A stretch of 52,702 nt of DNA from Nemertoderma westbladi (lineage: Eukaryota; Animalia; Xenacoelomorpha): assembly GCA_032718475.1 (NCBI GenBank), contig JAUCBJ010007228.1, forward strand, positions 1-52,702, in the 5' to 3' direction. The notes beneath the pieces are model-generated. The model saw only the letters and a list, made by a program, of their open reading frames with translations. It did no database searches and was not told the origin of the DNA. The number at the start of each line of letters is the position of its first letter. The first letter of the stretch is position 1. The translations under genes were made by a program, and so were the position numbers. Below, one piece after another: positions 12,474 to 22,822 of the stretch.

Positions 12474-13729
12474 GAACATCGAACCCCTTGGACCATAACA
12501 GGTCGTGCAACACGGAGATATGGAGGGGGCCGTTACCCCCAATGATATATCCGACACAGAGAAAATCAACAGGCCCGATGGGTGGACCATACCCAATAGG
12601 AGAGTCTGTACAGCATCCCTCGAACCCATTGGAAGCACAGGCGATGGGAATGGCAACACATATCGATGCGCTCAAGACCAGGATAGAGCTACCACCAGTT
12701 GAGCCATTTAAATTCGACGGAAGCAGACTGGAAGAATACCTGCAATTCCGACGCATGTACAGCAAGGATATATTAACTAAGAACCTGACGCAGGCGGAGT
12801 GCCTAAAATATTTACAGGTATACACAGGAGGCCCAGCGTACGACATCGTGAGGCAGTATCAGGGCATCAAGGGTGGCTTCACGACTGCATGGCGGGCCCT
12901 AGACAGGGAATACGGACACCCAGCCAAGATCATCCGGCAGACCCTCAAGGGAATAACATCGGGTGGCCGACAGGATAACCCTGTTAGTATAAAGACCTTC
13001 GCGAATAAGGTTGAGAAGGCGTTAATCGTGCTGAAGACGCTAGACGCGCCATACAAACTCAACGCATCTAATAATATCACCACGATAGCGCAGGCACTGC
13101 CGATCTGGCTACGGAACAAGTGGAGGAAGATCACCTTCTCCACACGGGAGAAGAAAGTTGCGGAACTGGGCCTAGAGGAAATGTCGAACTTCCTCAATTA
13201 CGAAGCAGAGTTGATCACGGACCCAGTCTACAGTGAGGATAGTTTGGGGAAGGCGCCGAAGACAGAATACAACAGGACAAAACCCGAACATAATCCGGCA
13301 GATCCATTCCCGAGAGTGAGACAGTCGCTACCACATGCGGCCATGCAGGGGACTGCTAGTCCACAGTTAGTTGGGAGTAGGGCCACACCGTGGCAGGGAC
13401 AGAAACAAAATAACAACACAAACAAACATAATCCCAACATACCCAGTAGGCCGAATCCAAATAACCAAAACACTAAACCGGTAGATATGAATCTACGCGC
13501 AATACGTGAAGGGCTATACAGGGAGCGCTACAATCCAGGATACGAATGTCAATTGCATAGGGATGGAACCCATAAGACCATGAGTTGTAAGCATTGGCAA
13601 GCGTTGCCTAAACAAGATCATGCAGCCTACGCGGATACTAACGGACTATTTCATCGATGTGTGGTAGAAGGACACAGATTTGGAGAGTGTAGAGAAACAG
13701 CGATAGGAGACGATGAGACTGGAGGCTAA
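12470..13729 (+). CDS. gag: Bel/Pao gag core (DUF1759-like capsid plus zinc knuckles)
   Basis: ELPPVEPFKFDGSRLEEYLQF, LKYLQVYTGGPAYDIV, AWRALDREYGHP; knuckles CQLHRDGTHKTMSC and a degenerate FHRCVVEGHRFGEC. Confidence 0.88.
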   Translation: MRTSNPLDHNRSCNTEIWRGPLPPMIYPTQRKSTGPMGGPYPIGESVQHPSNPLEAQAMGMATHIDALKTRIELPPVEPFKFDGSRLEEYLQFRRMYSKDILTKNLTQAECLKYLQVYTGGPAYDIVRQYQGIKGGFTTAWRALDREYGHPAKIIRQTLKGITSGGRQDNPVSIKTFANKVEKALIVLKTLDAPYKLNASNNITTIAQALPIWLRNKWRKITFSTREKKVAELGLEEMSNFLNYEAELITDPVYSEDSLGKAPKTEYNRTKPEHNPADPFPRVRQSLPHAAMQGTASPQLVGSRATPWQGQKQNNNTNKHNPNIPSRPNPNNQNTKPVDMNLRAIREGLYRERYNPGYECQLHRDGTHKTMSCKHWQALPKQDHAAYADTNGLFHRCVVEGHRFGECRETAIGDDETGG

Positions 13730-13732
13730 ACT

Positions 13733-14575
13733 ATGGCTACGAGCACGACGGGAGCAAGGATAAAGAGGAAAGTACTACTCAGGGTAGTACCAGTGAGGAT
13801 AACAGGAAAGGGTGGCCGATCAGTCACAACATTGATGCTGATCGACAGCGGAGCAGCCTTCACTCTGGTGGAAAATTGTGTGGTCGAGGAGATTGGGTTA
13901 CAGACGAGGCCGAGTAGGATGGCGGTAACTACTATCTCGAGTAAGGATGAGGTCCTGGAGATGAGGACGGGATGGTGCGTGATATCAGCAATAGCACCAG
14001 GATGTGACTATGGGGCGACCATCGACCCCATTCAGATTATAGAATCGATTAACATAAATGCCAGGAGACCAACTAAGATCGAGGTCGAGCAATACCGGTT
14101 CCTAGACGATATCAATTTCTCAATACCGAAAGTGGACGTCTCGAAGGTATCCATCATAGTCAGAATGGATTGTCCGACGGCCCACGAGAGAGTAAGGATC
14201 ATATTCGGGGAGAATAAACAGCGAGATCCGACAGCAATTCTCACACCTTTCAGATGGACACTTAGCGGCCCAATTAAAACCAAGATTCCATCCAGGGTGT
14301 CAGAGACATCAGGGTGCATGCTATCAGGCACCGTTGAGGATGTAGAGGAGAAACCAGAGACGGGCGATGGGGAGGTCCCATTTGAGAAGCGGCCCGAGGA
14401 AAGATACCAGGAGTTGGGTATAGATCTGGAACCACGCATAGTGGAGGGTGGTGAAAGGATAGAGGATAGTTCCAGAGAAATACCGTCGGTAGATAAGTTA
14501 GGAGGGGAAGTAACAGCAAGAGAGTGGGCGGAGGAGAATGGATTCGACGCGGAAGACTTAGAGACGATGGGGTGA
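13733..14575 (+). CDS. Bel/Pao aspartic protease (DUF1758-like), truncated pol
   Basis: VLLRVVPVRI, catalytic LIDSGA, PTAILTPFRWTLSGP. In frame with gag across a single TAA. No RT motifs follow. Confidence 0.85.
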   Translation: MATSTTGARIKRKVLLRVVPVRITGKGGRSVTTLMLIDSGAAFTLVENCVVEEIGLQTRPSRMAVTTISSKDEVLEMRTGWCVISAIAPGCDYGATIDPIQIIESININARRPTKIEVEQYRFLDDINFSIPKVDVSKVSIIVRMDCPTAHERVRIIFGENKQRDPTAILTPFRWTLSGPIKTKIPSRVSETSGCMLSGTVEDVEEKPETGDGEVPFEKRPEERYQELGIDLEPRIVEGGERIEDSSREIPSVDKLGGEVTAREWAEENGFDAEDLETMG

Positions 14576-15369
14576 AACAAGGATGTTCCCGGAAAGTATC
14601 GGTATGAGGATGGAGAAGAGTGGACGGCGAGATGTCCGAAGAAGTGTCCGGAGGAGATGCCTGTCCGGTTGAGAGGCATACCAAAAAGGGGAAGGTCAAA
14701 TAAGAAGACAAGATGGAAAGGTATAGGATTAGTATTATCCATTCTGTTATATCTATTCTTTCGATTTCTTTTCATTCTACCGCAAGGTGACGACAAGATG
14801 AGGGGTGGCATTTTGCTGCCAGAGGACCATGAGGAAATCAAGAAGGCGACCGGAAGACCCGATTTTAGGGTGGTGGAGGAGGGAGAATCAATTCCTAGAG
14901 AGTTGGAATTGGCAAGGAGAGTGCGGCGAAGGATAAGAGGACCTACAGGGAGGCAGTGGGAGAGTGCCTGCTGGAAGAATCGCCCTTGAAGTTTAGTCGT
15001 CCAATATGTTGGACTGAAGGGGGTGGGAATGAGGGCGAGACGCCCTTCTCACAAATAAATAATTATATAAATAATAAATAAAATAATAAAATAAGAAGTG
15101 AGATAGTAGAAAGTTAGAAAGTAATAGTAGTAGATAGTTAGATAGTAAGTAGTAGTTAGAAAGTTAGTAGAAGTTAGTAAGAGTAAGAGGAGAGTTAGAA
15201 GTAGGCAGAAATTAGGGAGTGTGGTATATAAACATACCATGGGAGTAGGAGTGTACATAGTACCGTTAGAGTTAGAAGTAGTCAGAAGATAGGGAGTGTG
15301 GTATATTGACATACCACGAGTAGTAGCAGGGTACATAGTACCGGAGTAGCAGGGTACATAGTACCAAAA

Positions 15370-15600
15370 GAGAGTAGAGGGGTTGTGGGCACTGAAAGCG
15401 CCACATAGAACGAGAGTAGAGGGTATGGTATGTAGGTATACTATAGAAGTAGTAGAGGAGGGGTTGTGGGCACCGAAAGTGCCACGTAGAAAGAGAGTAG
15501 AAGGTATGGTATGTAGGTATACCATAGAGGTAGTAGCAGAGGGTTTGTGGGCACCAAAAGCGCCACGTAGTGAGAGAGTGAAGGGTGTGGTATGTAGGTA
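15370..15600 (+). repeat. 81-bp tandem repeat x3, each unit with a GC hairpin
   Basis: ttgtgggcac at 15383, 15464 and 15545; hairpin gtgggcac-cgaaa-gtgccac. Confidence 0.8.
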
Positions 15601-15854
15601 GTAGGTAGTAGCATTTTGTAGGTAGTAGTAGTATTAGGGTACATAGTACAGTAGTAGGGTGCATAGGACTTAAGGCCGTCATTGGATACCACCGAGCCAA
15701 ATAACTTGTAGTATAATATAAATATTGTTACTGCTGTACTGCTGTACTGTACCGCATATCATATTGAGTAATTGCATTGCTGTATTGACTATTTTGGTGT
15801 TTGCCGGTCTACTAGCTATTGATCGATCTGGCACACTTAAGCCAGTTCGCTTCG

Positions 15855-16946
15855 ATGGGGGAGAGCAATGTAATCCTTGACCATGTCCTCTGCTTTGCTT
15901 GGCAGAGAGTACATAAAGGCGCTGTTTTTGACGATGTTGTCGACTCCATGACCTGCTGGCCCTCGTTTAAAACGCCGGACATCGAAAACGCGAGATCATC
16001 CGTTCTATCACTCATTTCCGATAGAGATGTGACTAAGAAATTTGCTACGAAATACAATGGTGATAATAAGCGCAAAAAATATATTTGCGATATCCTCTCG
16101 ATTTTTGAACTCCAAGCATTTAAGAACCTCGATCCTCGCCCTCAATTTGTAGTGGAGGACTTTACTCTTCTGCCGCCAGTTAACCCAGCAGCTTCTACCT
16201 TATCGCAGCTAGTGCAGGAAATGGGGGCGCTCAAAGACCGCGTTGCCTGCCTTGAGCATGGCAATAAAGTGATGGTTAGTTCCCGTTCCTTTGCCGAGGT
16301 TTCAACTCCGGCTCCCGTTGGCAACCAGACCTCGCTTGGCCCCGATTCCAGTTCGAATCAATCACGTAACAGGCGGCAGCCGCCGAAACAAGTTAAGATG
16401 GTAAACCGAGATCTATCGAATGGAGCACCTGCACACCAACCAGCACCGATCGATGACACTCAGGAAATTATAACGGTGGAAGACACGGGTACTGACGACG
16501 GGATGACAACAGTTGGCCGTAATGGTCGACCTCTACGTTTCACCTCTCGCCCCCAGCCCCAGCCACACCGTCCAAAGGCAGTTATAGGCACCGGTACTAC
16601 ATCGGGGCTTAAATCGGTACCCCGTCGATCCTACATTTTCGTTTCCCGTTTGGACTTAGGTGAATCAACTGAACGACTGTGTCAATTCGTTAAATCTGCA
16701 TTCGAGGTTGATGTAACCTGTGATGAAGTGCAGACAAGGGCCACCGAGTATAAATCGTTCAAGCTTGGCTGCTCGCATGAAACCGCAGCAATTCTAAAGG
16801 ATGAAGGTAATTGCGGGAAGTGGCCATCCGGCATGGTTATCCGAGAATGGACTGGCGGCCACAGAAATCCTTCCGTCCCTGCCAAGCTTCCGCCGATATC
16901 TTTGTCTACTGCTGGGGTCGCTGGCGAAGCATCTAACACTCAATAA
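15855..16946 (+). CDS. LINE ORF1 protein (C-terminal RRM-like domain)
   Basis: First ATG at 15855 (MGESNVILDHVLCF); short coiled coil; YIFVSRL...YKSFKL...WPSGMVIREW as in CR1/RTE-X ORF1 proteins. Confidence 0.85.
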   Translation: MGESNVILDHVLCFAWQRVHKGAVFDDVVDSMTCWPSFKTPDIENARSSVLSLISDRDVTKKFATKYNGDNKRKKYICDILSIFELQAFKNLDPRPQFVVEDFTLLPPVNPAASTLSQLVQEMGALKDRVACLEHGNKVMVSSRSFAEVSTPAPVGNQTSLGPDSSSNQSRNRRQPPKQVKMVNRDLSNGAPAHQPAPIDDTQEIITVEDTGTDDGMTTVGRNGRPLRFTSRPQPQPHRPKAVIGTGTTSGLKSVPRRSYIFVSRLDLGESTERLCQFVKSAFEVDVTCDEVQTRATEYKSFKLGCSHETAAILKDEGNCGKWPSGMVIREWTGGHRNPSVPAKLPPISLSTAGVAGEASNTQ

Positions 16947-16949
16947 TCA

Positions 16950-19523
16950 ATGCGAATCGCGACCTATAACGCAAACTCCGTTCGGACTCTATCAAGTAGA
17001 TACGTGATTTCTGAACTCGCGAAGGCTAACGATATAATTTTATTACAAGAAACTCTCCTTACCAAACAGGACTTGGGGATTCTCGATACGCTATCCATTA
17101 ATCATTACGGGCGAGGCTCCTCTCCTGTTGACTTGGAATCCGATATCCTTATCGGAAGGCCACACGGTGGCCTCGGAGTCCTATGGAATAAAAGCTTCGG
17201 TGATGATTGTATTGAAATTGTTGATAAATCTGACCCTCGTCTAATGATAATTAAAGTTACTCCGCCTGGTACCGGTGAGGAGTTTTATATAATTAATGCA
17301 TACTTACCTTATGAGTGTGCCGATAACGCTGACGATTATCTCGATTATTTAGCCAAGATAGTTACCATTGCGGAGACTCTAGATAACAATAATGTATGCA
17401 TACTAGGGGATCTCAACGCTCACCCAAGTCGTCCATTTTTTCGTGAGCTCTCTAATACCTGTATGGAGTCAGGTCTCATGATACTGGACACACTCATGTT
17501 ACCCTCGGAATCATTTACCTTCGTTGGAGCAGCCCAAGGATCTACTTCATGGCTGGATCACTGCGTCTGCACCGGGTCGATGAAACATAGAATAACAGAT
17601 ATAGTAATAAACTACTCACTAGTATTCGACGACCATTTACCAATGTGTGTTGAAATAAACTGTGAACGTATCATCCCCCTGGACAAACTGGAGCCGTCGA
17701 TTCCGATTCCATTTACTCGACCACTCTGGAACTCAGCATCAGCGTTTAAACTCGGCTGCTACTCAGCTTCTACCGACACCGAACTGGCTAAAATTATTAT
17801 ACCACATGAAGCCCTATCCTGTAGGGACCCATCTTGCAATAATCCAACTCATAAGGGTGAGTTAAACTCGTTATATAATGGAGTTGTGTCTGCTCTACAT
17901 TCATCAGTAACGGGTAATATCCCAGTTAGTATCCCGAAACCTGCCTGTAGTCCAACCCAAACATCTGTTCCTGGGTGGAATGACCAGGTGAGCCACCTCC
18001 ATCGCATGGCCCGCTGTAGTTTCCTCGACTGGCGTGCGAACGGTAGCCCCCGGAACGGCCCACTGTTCCACTTAATGTGCTCAACGAGGGCACAATTTAA
18101 ACGTCAGCTGCGCCTTATTAAACGTACCTCCGAAACAATTCGCTGCGATAAGTTAGCGGAAGGCCTATTGGATAAAAACTGTTATAAGTTCTGGCAAAAT
18201 GTCAAGAAGGACAACACGATAAAGTCCCCTCCAGCGACTACAATCGGTGGAGCATCTGGCACTCAGAACATTGCTAACATGTGGGAACTCCATTATCGCA
18301 CTATATTTAATTCGGCAACAACTCCGGCGCCCGCGCCCCCTGCGGCTTCGGTGCCCACCTGGATGCCCCCTGCAGCTTCGGTGCCCACCTGGGTGCCCCC
18401 CTCGACTTCGCTTCCCACCTCGGCGCCCCCTGCGGCTTCGGTGCCCACCTGGGCGCCCCCTGCGGCTTCGGTGCCCACCTGGGTGCCCCCCTCGACTTCG
18501 CTTCCCACCTCGGCGCCCCCTGCGGCTTCGGTGCCCACCTGGGCGCCCCCTGCGGCTTCGGTGCCCACCTGGGCGCCCCCTGCGGCTTCGGTGCCCACCT
18601 GGGCGCCCCCTGCGGCTTCGGTGCCCACCTGGGCGCCCCCTGCGGATTCGGTACCCACCTGGGCGCCCCCCTCGACTTCGGTGCCCACCGGGACGCCCCC
18701 ATCGGGTTCAGTGCCCCCGCCTGCGCCCACTTCGGCTTCGATACCAACCTCAACCTGGGCGAATCCGCTGGGTGCGGTTCCCACCTGGCTGCCCCCTTCG
18801 ACATCGGAGCCCCCTTCGGTGTCTCCGACGGTTACCACACCATCGCTGGTGCCCCCTACGGTGCCCCCAACGATACCTAATTCCGATCCGCATGTGCACC
18901 CTTCAGTACCTCCACCGATAGCTGAGGCAGTGTACTTAAAAGAGATTCTCTTTTCCGAGGATATGGTAGTTTCGCCAAACGAAATTGCTGAGCTCATTCG
19001 GAAGTTGGATAGAAATAAAGCGTCCGGTCCTGACAACCTAACCGCGGAACATATTATTTATGCCAGTAAACGGATTATGGTGCTTTTTTCATTAATTTTT
19101 ACCGGTTTTAATATTCATGGTTTTTTATCTCCTAGTATGATATCGTCTTATATATCACCGGTAATTAAAGATAAAACCGGTGATACTACAGACAAGAGTA
19201 ACTACCGTCCTATTGCGGTTTCAAATATAATATGTAAAATATACGAATTGTTCATTTTAAGGCGAATTGATTGCTTACTGGCTACAACAGATAACCAATT
19301 CGGTTTCAAAGACAAACTAGGGACTGAACTTTGTGTCTATACGCTAAAAGAGATTATTAATTATTACTTAATTAATGGTTCTAATTTGTATATATCCTTC
19401 TTAGATGCTTCCAAAGCATTCGACAATGTAGATCATTCTAAATTATTTTCTAGATTATTTGAACGTAAAGTACCGATTTTTATTATTAGGTACGAGTACG
19501 AGGTAAGTATGGAGAGGAGGTGA
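16950..19523 (+). CDS. LINE ORF2: AP endonuclease, Pro-rich insert and N-terminal half of RT
   Basis: APE motifs TYNANS, LLQET, NAYLP, LGDLNA, SWLDH, DDHLP; PGWN...[10 protein letters not shown] motif of RTE-X-like ORF2; [28 protein letters not shown] and YADD motifs are absent; the last 10 aa or so read into Bel sequence. Confidence 0.9.
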   Translation: MRIATYNANSVRTLSSRYVISELAKANDIILLQETLLTKQDLGILDTLSINHYGRGSSPVDLESDILIGRPHGGLGVLWNKSFGDDCIEIVDKSDPRLMIIKVTPPGTGEEFYIINAYLPYECADNADDYLDYLAKIVTIAETLDNNNVCILGDLNAHPSRPFFRELSNTCMESGLMILDTLMLPSESFTFVGAAQGSTSWLDHCVCTGSMKHRITDIVINYSLVFDDHLPMCVEINCERIIPLDKLEPSIPIPFTRPLWNSASAFKLGCYSASTDTELAKIIIPHEALSCRDPSCNNPTHKGELNSLYNGVVSALHSSVTGNIPVSIPKPACSPTQTSVPGWNDQVSHLHRMARCSFLDWRANGSPRNGPLFHLMCSTRAQFKRQLRLIKRTSETIRCDKLAEGLLDKNCYKFWQNVKKDNTIKSPPATTIGGASGTQNIANMWELHYRTIFNSATTPAPAPPAASVPTWMPPAASVPTWVPPSTSLPTSAPPAASVPTWAPPAASVPTWVPPSTSLPTSAPPAASVPTWAPPAASVPTWAPPAASVPTWAPPAASVPTWAPPADSVPTWAPPSTSVPTGTPPSGSVPPPAPTSASIPTSTWANPLGAVPTWLPPSTSEPPSVSPTVTTPSLVPPTVPPTIPNSDPHVHPSVPPPIAEAVYLKEILFSEDMVVSPNEIAELIRKLDRNKASGPDNLTAEHIIYASKRIMVLFSLIFTGFNIHGFLSPSMISSYISPVIKDKTGDTTDKSNYRPIAVSNIICKIYELFILRRIDCLLATTDNQFGFKDKLGTELCVYTLKEIINYYLINGSNLYISFLDASKAFDNVDHSKLFSRLFERKVPIFIIRYEYEVSMERR
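18330..18800 (+). repeat. 30-bp in-frame coding minisatellite ([10 protein letters not shown])n
   Basis: gcgccccctgcggcttcggtgcccacctgg repeated about 14 times, with a 90-bp higher-order duplication. Confidence 0.92.
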
Positions 19524-19893
19524 TGGCGCGTAAGAAAGTGAGAGGAGTGCAATTCAAGTGTGGGGAGCGAGCAGTAAGAGAGAGAGTAAGGGACGATAGG
19601 GTCCATAAGAGAGAGTAGAGTGAGGTTAGAGTGAGTTCAGAGTGAGAGTTTTTGAAAATTGTGTGAACAGTCCACAATTGTCTCGAACAGAAACGTCAGA
19701 TATCTTGGTGCAACTTAGGTTGCGATTGCACCAAGAAGGGATAGCAATATCTTACCCAGAGGGAGCGGCCTGGAAAGCCGACTCTGAGAAAAGAACTCCA
19801 CCCCACACCCGATAGTAGATCGGGTTCCAGCGGAATTGAAGCGCACTTGAGGTTGATGCTATCTTCTCACCGGGAAGATAGCATGGGGGGGGG

Positions 19894-20569
19894 TGTAAGC
19901 GGATTCAATTCCGCCTCATTACCCACCAGAAAATGGGGTAGTGGCATTTTCAGCAATATGTTGGAGATACGAGATTAGCAATATTAATCTCGTATCACAA
20001 CCAACATTTGGGGGGGGGGGGCAACACAAGCCCCGAAGCCACACACAAAGGAAGGTTAGAGGTCAAACCACCTCGGAGGGGACACAGCTAGTAGAGGCTA
20101 GCAGCAGAGGGGAAACACTCCCAGAGAGTGCCAGGGTGAGAAGTAGGATATTAGCCAATAGGGGGGGAGGAAAGCACGTGATAGGGCACAGGAGAGCATC
20201 CATTAGGTAACAGGCCAAAGTAGCGTAGGAGGTAAAGCAATATTGGTATATCAATCATATATTACCTCTCGTTACCGGTTTGTGATTCAGTTAGTTAGTT
20301 ACCCAGTTTTAGTGCAGACCGGTAACATTGTTTCACCGTCATCAACATCGGCTGTCAGCAATATTGACTATTACCGGTTCCAATCATAAACACTTATCTG
20401 CCATCATATATTATTGTGTTATTATTATTATATATTACAACGCAAAGAAACAACATCAAACTTTGAACGCTTTCTCCAACGGCCTCGGCCAAACTATCAG
20501 TAACACCATCCCAGCCAACGGTGACGCGTATAAACAACCTACCCGGTCGGGATCTCTGATCCCGTCACA
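19894..20569 (+). repeat. 3' LTR of the Bel element (676 bp)
   Basis: Direct repeat of 8623-9299, preceded by a G-run PPT and followed by the TSD. Confidence 0.95.
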
Positions 20570-20623
20570 TAAACTTACTTGACTGTTGTGATAGTAATAG
20601 GCATTCAGCTACGATCTTAAACT

Positions 20624-20970
20624 ATGTCTGATCCTAAACATAGACTGTCAGATAGTATCTTAGAACAGGCAGTTTGTGAACCAGATAAGAGTCTAGAAAG
20701 GACCCAATCGAGGTCTAAGACCCCACCTACTGTAAGAAAAGCTATTCCAGGAGTAGCTATAACGGAACCTAAATTAGTGGAACACCATAGGTCTATTATA
20801 GGCACTAGGGCCCGAGTGAGATGAGATCAAGCTGCGTCGACGGAACAACGACGTCAAACTGACCGGGAAGTTACCCCGACGCAATCCAGCAATCACAGCT
20901 CCAGCACAGAAGAACTAACACCTTCGGAGGTCAGTCCGAGAATGGGAGAAGTGGTCTACTCTAACCCACT
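20624..20970 (+). pseudogene. gag-like N-terminus of copy B with a premature stop
   Basis: Homologous to the start of 359..1702(-). TGA at 20822-20824 aligns with an Arg codon, and homology continues to MGEVVY (vs MADTVY). Confidence 0.6.
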
Positions 20971-21339
20971 CTTCTCTCTTCCTGGAGGAATGCTCACTCA
21001 AATTCTTCCAGCCCTAGAATTACGCCGGGTACTCGCGTGAAGACTTAGAGTCCATGGTAGAAACACAATGGAACTTTCCTGGACCCGGAATACCCTTTAA
21101 CCTCTCTGAAGTTCCTTGGGAAGATCTAAATCTGCTAGGAGTGGCTAGAGATACCAGAGACCCCGTGGTGTGGAAGAGGTCGGCATCTGGGTATGTCCAG
21201 GGATTCTTTAATTCCTTAGGACGACTGGAAACTCAGCTATTCCGAGGACAGTTAGAACCTCAAGCACAAGGATCACTTCTGTATCAAGTGAGGGAGCGGA
21301 TATTAAGGATTAGACTAATTCTGTCGGCATTCAAAGAGC

Positions 21340-22294
21340 TTCAGCGGATATGACAGCTTTAGGTAGAATCTCGTAAGTTTTCTCACATCCAGTAAGATCA
21401 TTTCTCATAATATCAGGAAGAGTTATAGACGATGAGCTTCCATCCAACATGCTACTTCTACCAGTAGTCGTAGAGTTTATATCATCACCACATTCAATGT
21501 CGTCACAACGCGATGAAGTCGATGCTTGTACAGGAAGTTCAGGTGTAGGTGTGGCCGGCCTACTACCAGCACCAGTAGGATTTAATTTTTAAAGGGGTAC
21601 CAGTATCCTTGACAGTTCCCATAGGCTGAGCGCTGCTGCTGGTACTGCCAGAAAGCATCATCCTATTCCCAGTACCAGTATTCCACTGGTAATCCACGCA
21701 GGCGAGACTAGAGAAAGACTCATCTGCAGTTCCATGTGCAATGTAAACAGTATAAATCGTCTTGTGATAGGCCAGATCATTTGGAAGTTTATAGGAAGCA
21801 CGGGTAAGTTTAATAATCTTCTCATTTACGGATATACAGCTCGGTTTAATGGACTGTTTAAACCACTTGTTATTGTCATCTCCGGCTCCACATTTATTAA
21901 AGAAGTACTCTTCACCTGAAGTTGAAGAAGAACCGTCGGTAGGTCTATCGCCGTCAATAATAGGCTCACCAATCTGCCACAGAATGTTTGTTCCCAGCAC
22001 AACACCATCACTTGAAAACCGAATGAAATACTTGTGAGAATTTGTACCCATCCGACTCCATCACTACTTATCGATGCAATCCATCAATTTTGCGTCCACA
22101 GTTAAACTAAGAGCTGTACGGGAATAGCCGGAATAAACTGGTAGATCCATGTCGATAACTGCCGCAGAGAGCGCACCAAATACTTCCAATGCCGACCTGC
22201 CTCCATCGAAGGCAAGTTGTGCCAACACTCCAGTCGGATGTTGGAAGGGAAGGAGTACAAAGTACCAGTAAGCGGTACCTAGTTCAGTAGTCAA
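21340..22294 (-). pseudogene. Decayed ORF, possibly a transposon-associated WRKY/GCM1/CG-1-like domain
   Basis: 22064..22294 and 21563..22051 are in the same frame across two stops. The pattern WSRMGTNSHKYF...KLTRASYKLPNDLAYHKTIY...CVDYQW loosely resembles such domains. Confidence 0.25.
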
Positions 22295-22822
22295 TAGGCA
22301 GGTAGGCTGAAATAGTTGTATAAACTAAATACTGTACCAGTAGTTTATAGTTTACTACTGTACTACTGTAGGCATAGCCCAAGTACTACTGAAGCTTCAG
22401 TAGTCCTTGGCATAGCCTGATCAGCTACAGCTAGTGGTCTACCTAAATATTGTCTGTGTTTGGCTGACAGACAGAAAATTTCAAAAAAAACAGCTAGGAT
22501 AGTTGCAGGCCCTATGCTTGAATTTGAAGACTGCTGTTGGGCATTTTGACAAATATTTCGACTGTTTGTCCCACTGTTGTCCTCTGTTTTCCACTGTTGT
22601 CCTGTTATCGACCAATCCAAAAAATAAACTAAAGTCAATAGAATAGTTTTATTTTTGTGAGAAATCAGCGTTTTTTGCGTCGATTTTCACATGGAAAGGG
22701 GTGAAATCTATTAGCGTCGAAAGTATCCCCCCTCCCCTCCTAATCTCAAATACTTTGAAATCATAATAATATAGAGATACAGATAATGGGTATTAAAATA
22801 ATTATACGTTTATGTAACTGAA

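Larger units (their letters stand above)
15700..19490 (+). mobile_element. APE-type LINE (RTE-X-like), 5'-intact and 3'-truncated, nested in the Bel element
   Basis: Short 5' UTR, ORF1 and ORF2. LINE homology stops at about 19490. The 5' boundary is approximate. Confidence 0.85.
8623..20569 (+). mobile_element. Bel/Pao LTR retrotransposon, non-autonomous (gag + protease, no RT/RNase H/integrase)
   Basis: Two TGT...ACA LTRs; 5-bp TSD TAAAC at 8618-8622 and 20570-20574; poly-G PPT before 19894; Bel-type gag and protease. Confidence 0.93.
6586..20970 (+). mobile_element. LTR-like retroelement copy B (diverged paralog of copy A), split by the Bel insertion and internally deleted
   Basis: Leader 6592-8622 is homologous to the copy A leader. 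It resumes at 20575 after the TSD and leads into the homologous ORF start at 20624. The upstream LTR boundary is not resolved and no 3' LTR was found. Confidence 0.55.

Noticed and set aside
14032-14841. 269-aa antisense ORF opposite the protease
   Set aside because: No motifs; consistent with a shadow of a purine-rich coding strand.
18247-19036. Gly-rich (18293..19036 -) and Arg/Cys-rich (18247..18921 +) proteins
   Set aside because: Alternate frames of the 30-bp repeat inside LINE ORF2.
19490-19680. Remnant of the Bel integrase C-terminus
   Set aside because: Only a vague VRGVQFK/RVHK resemblance; too weak to call.
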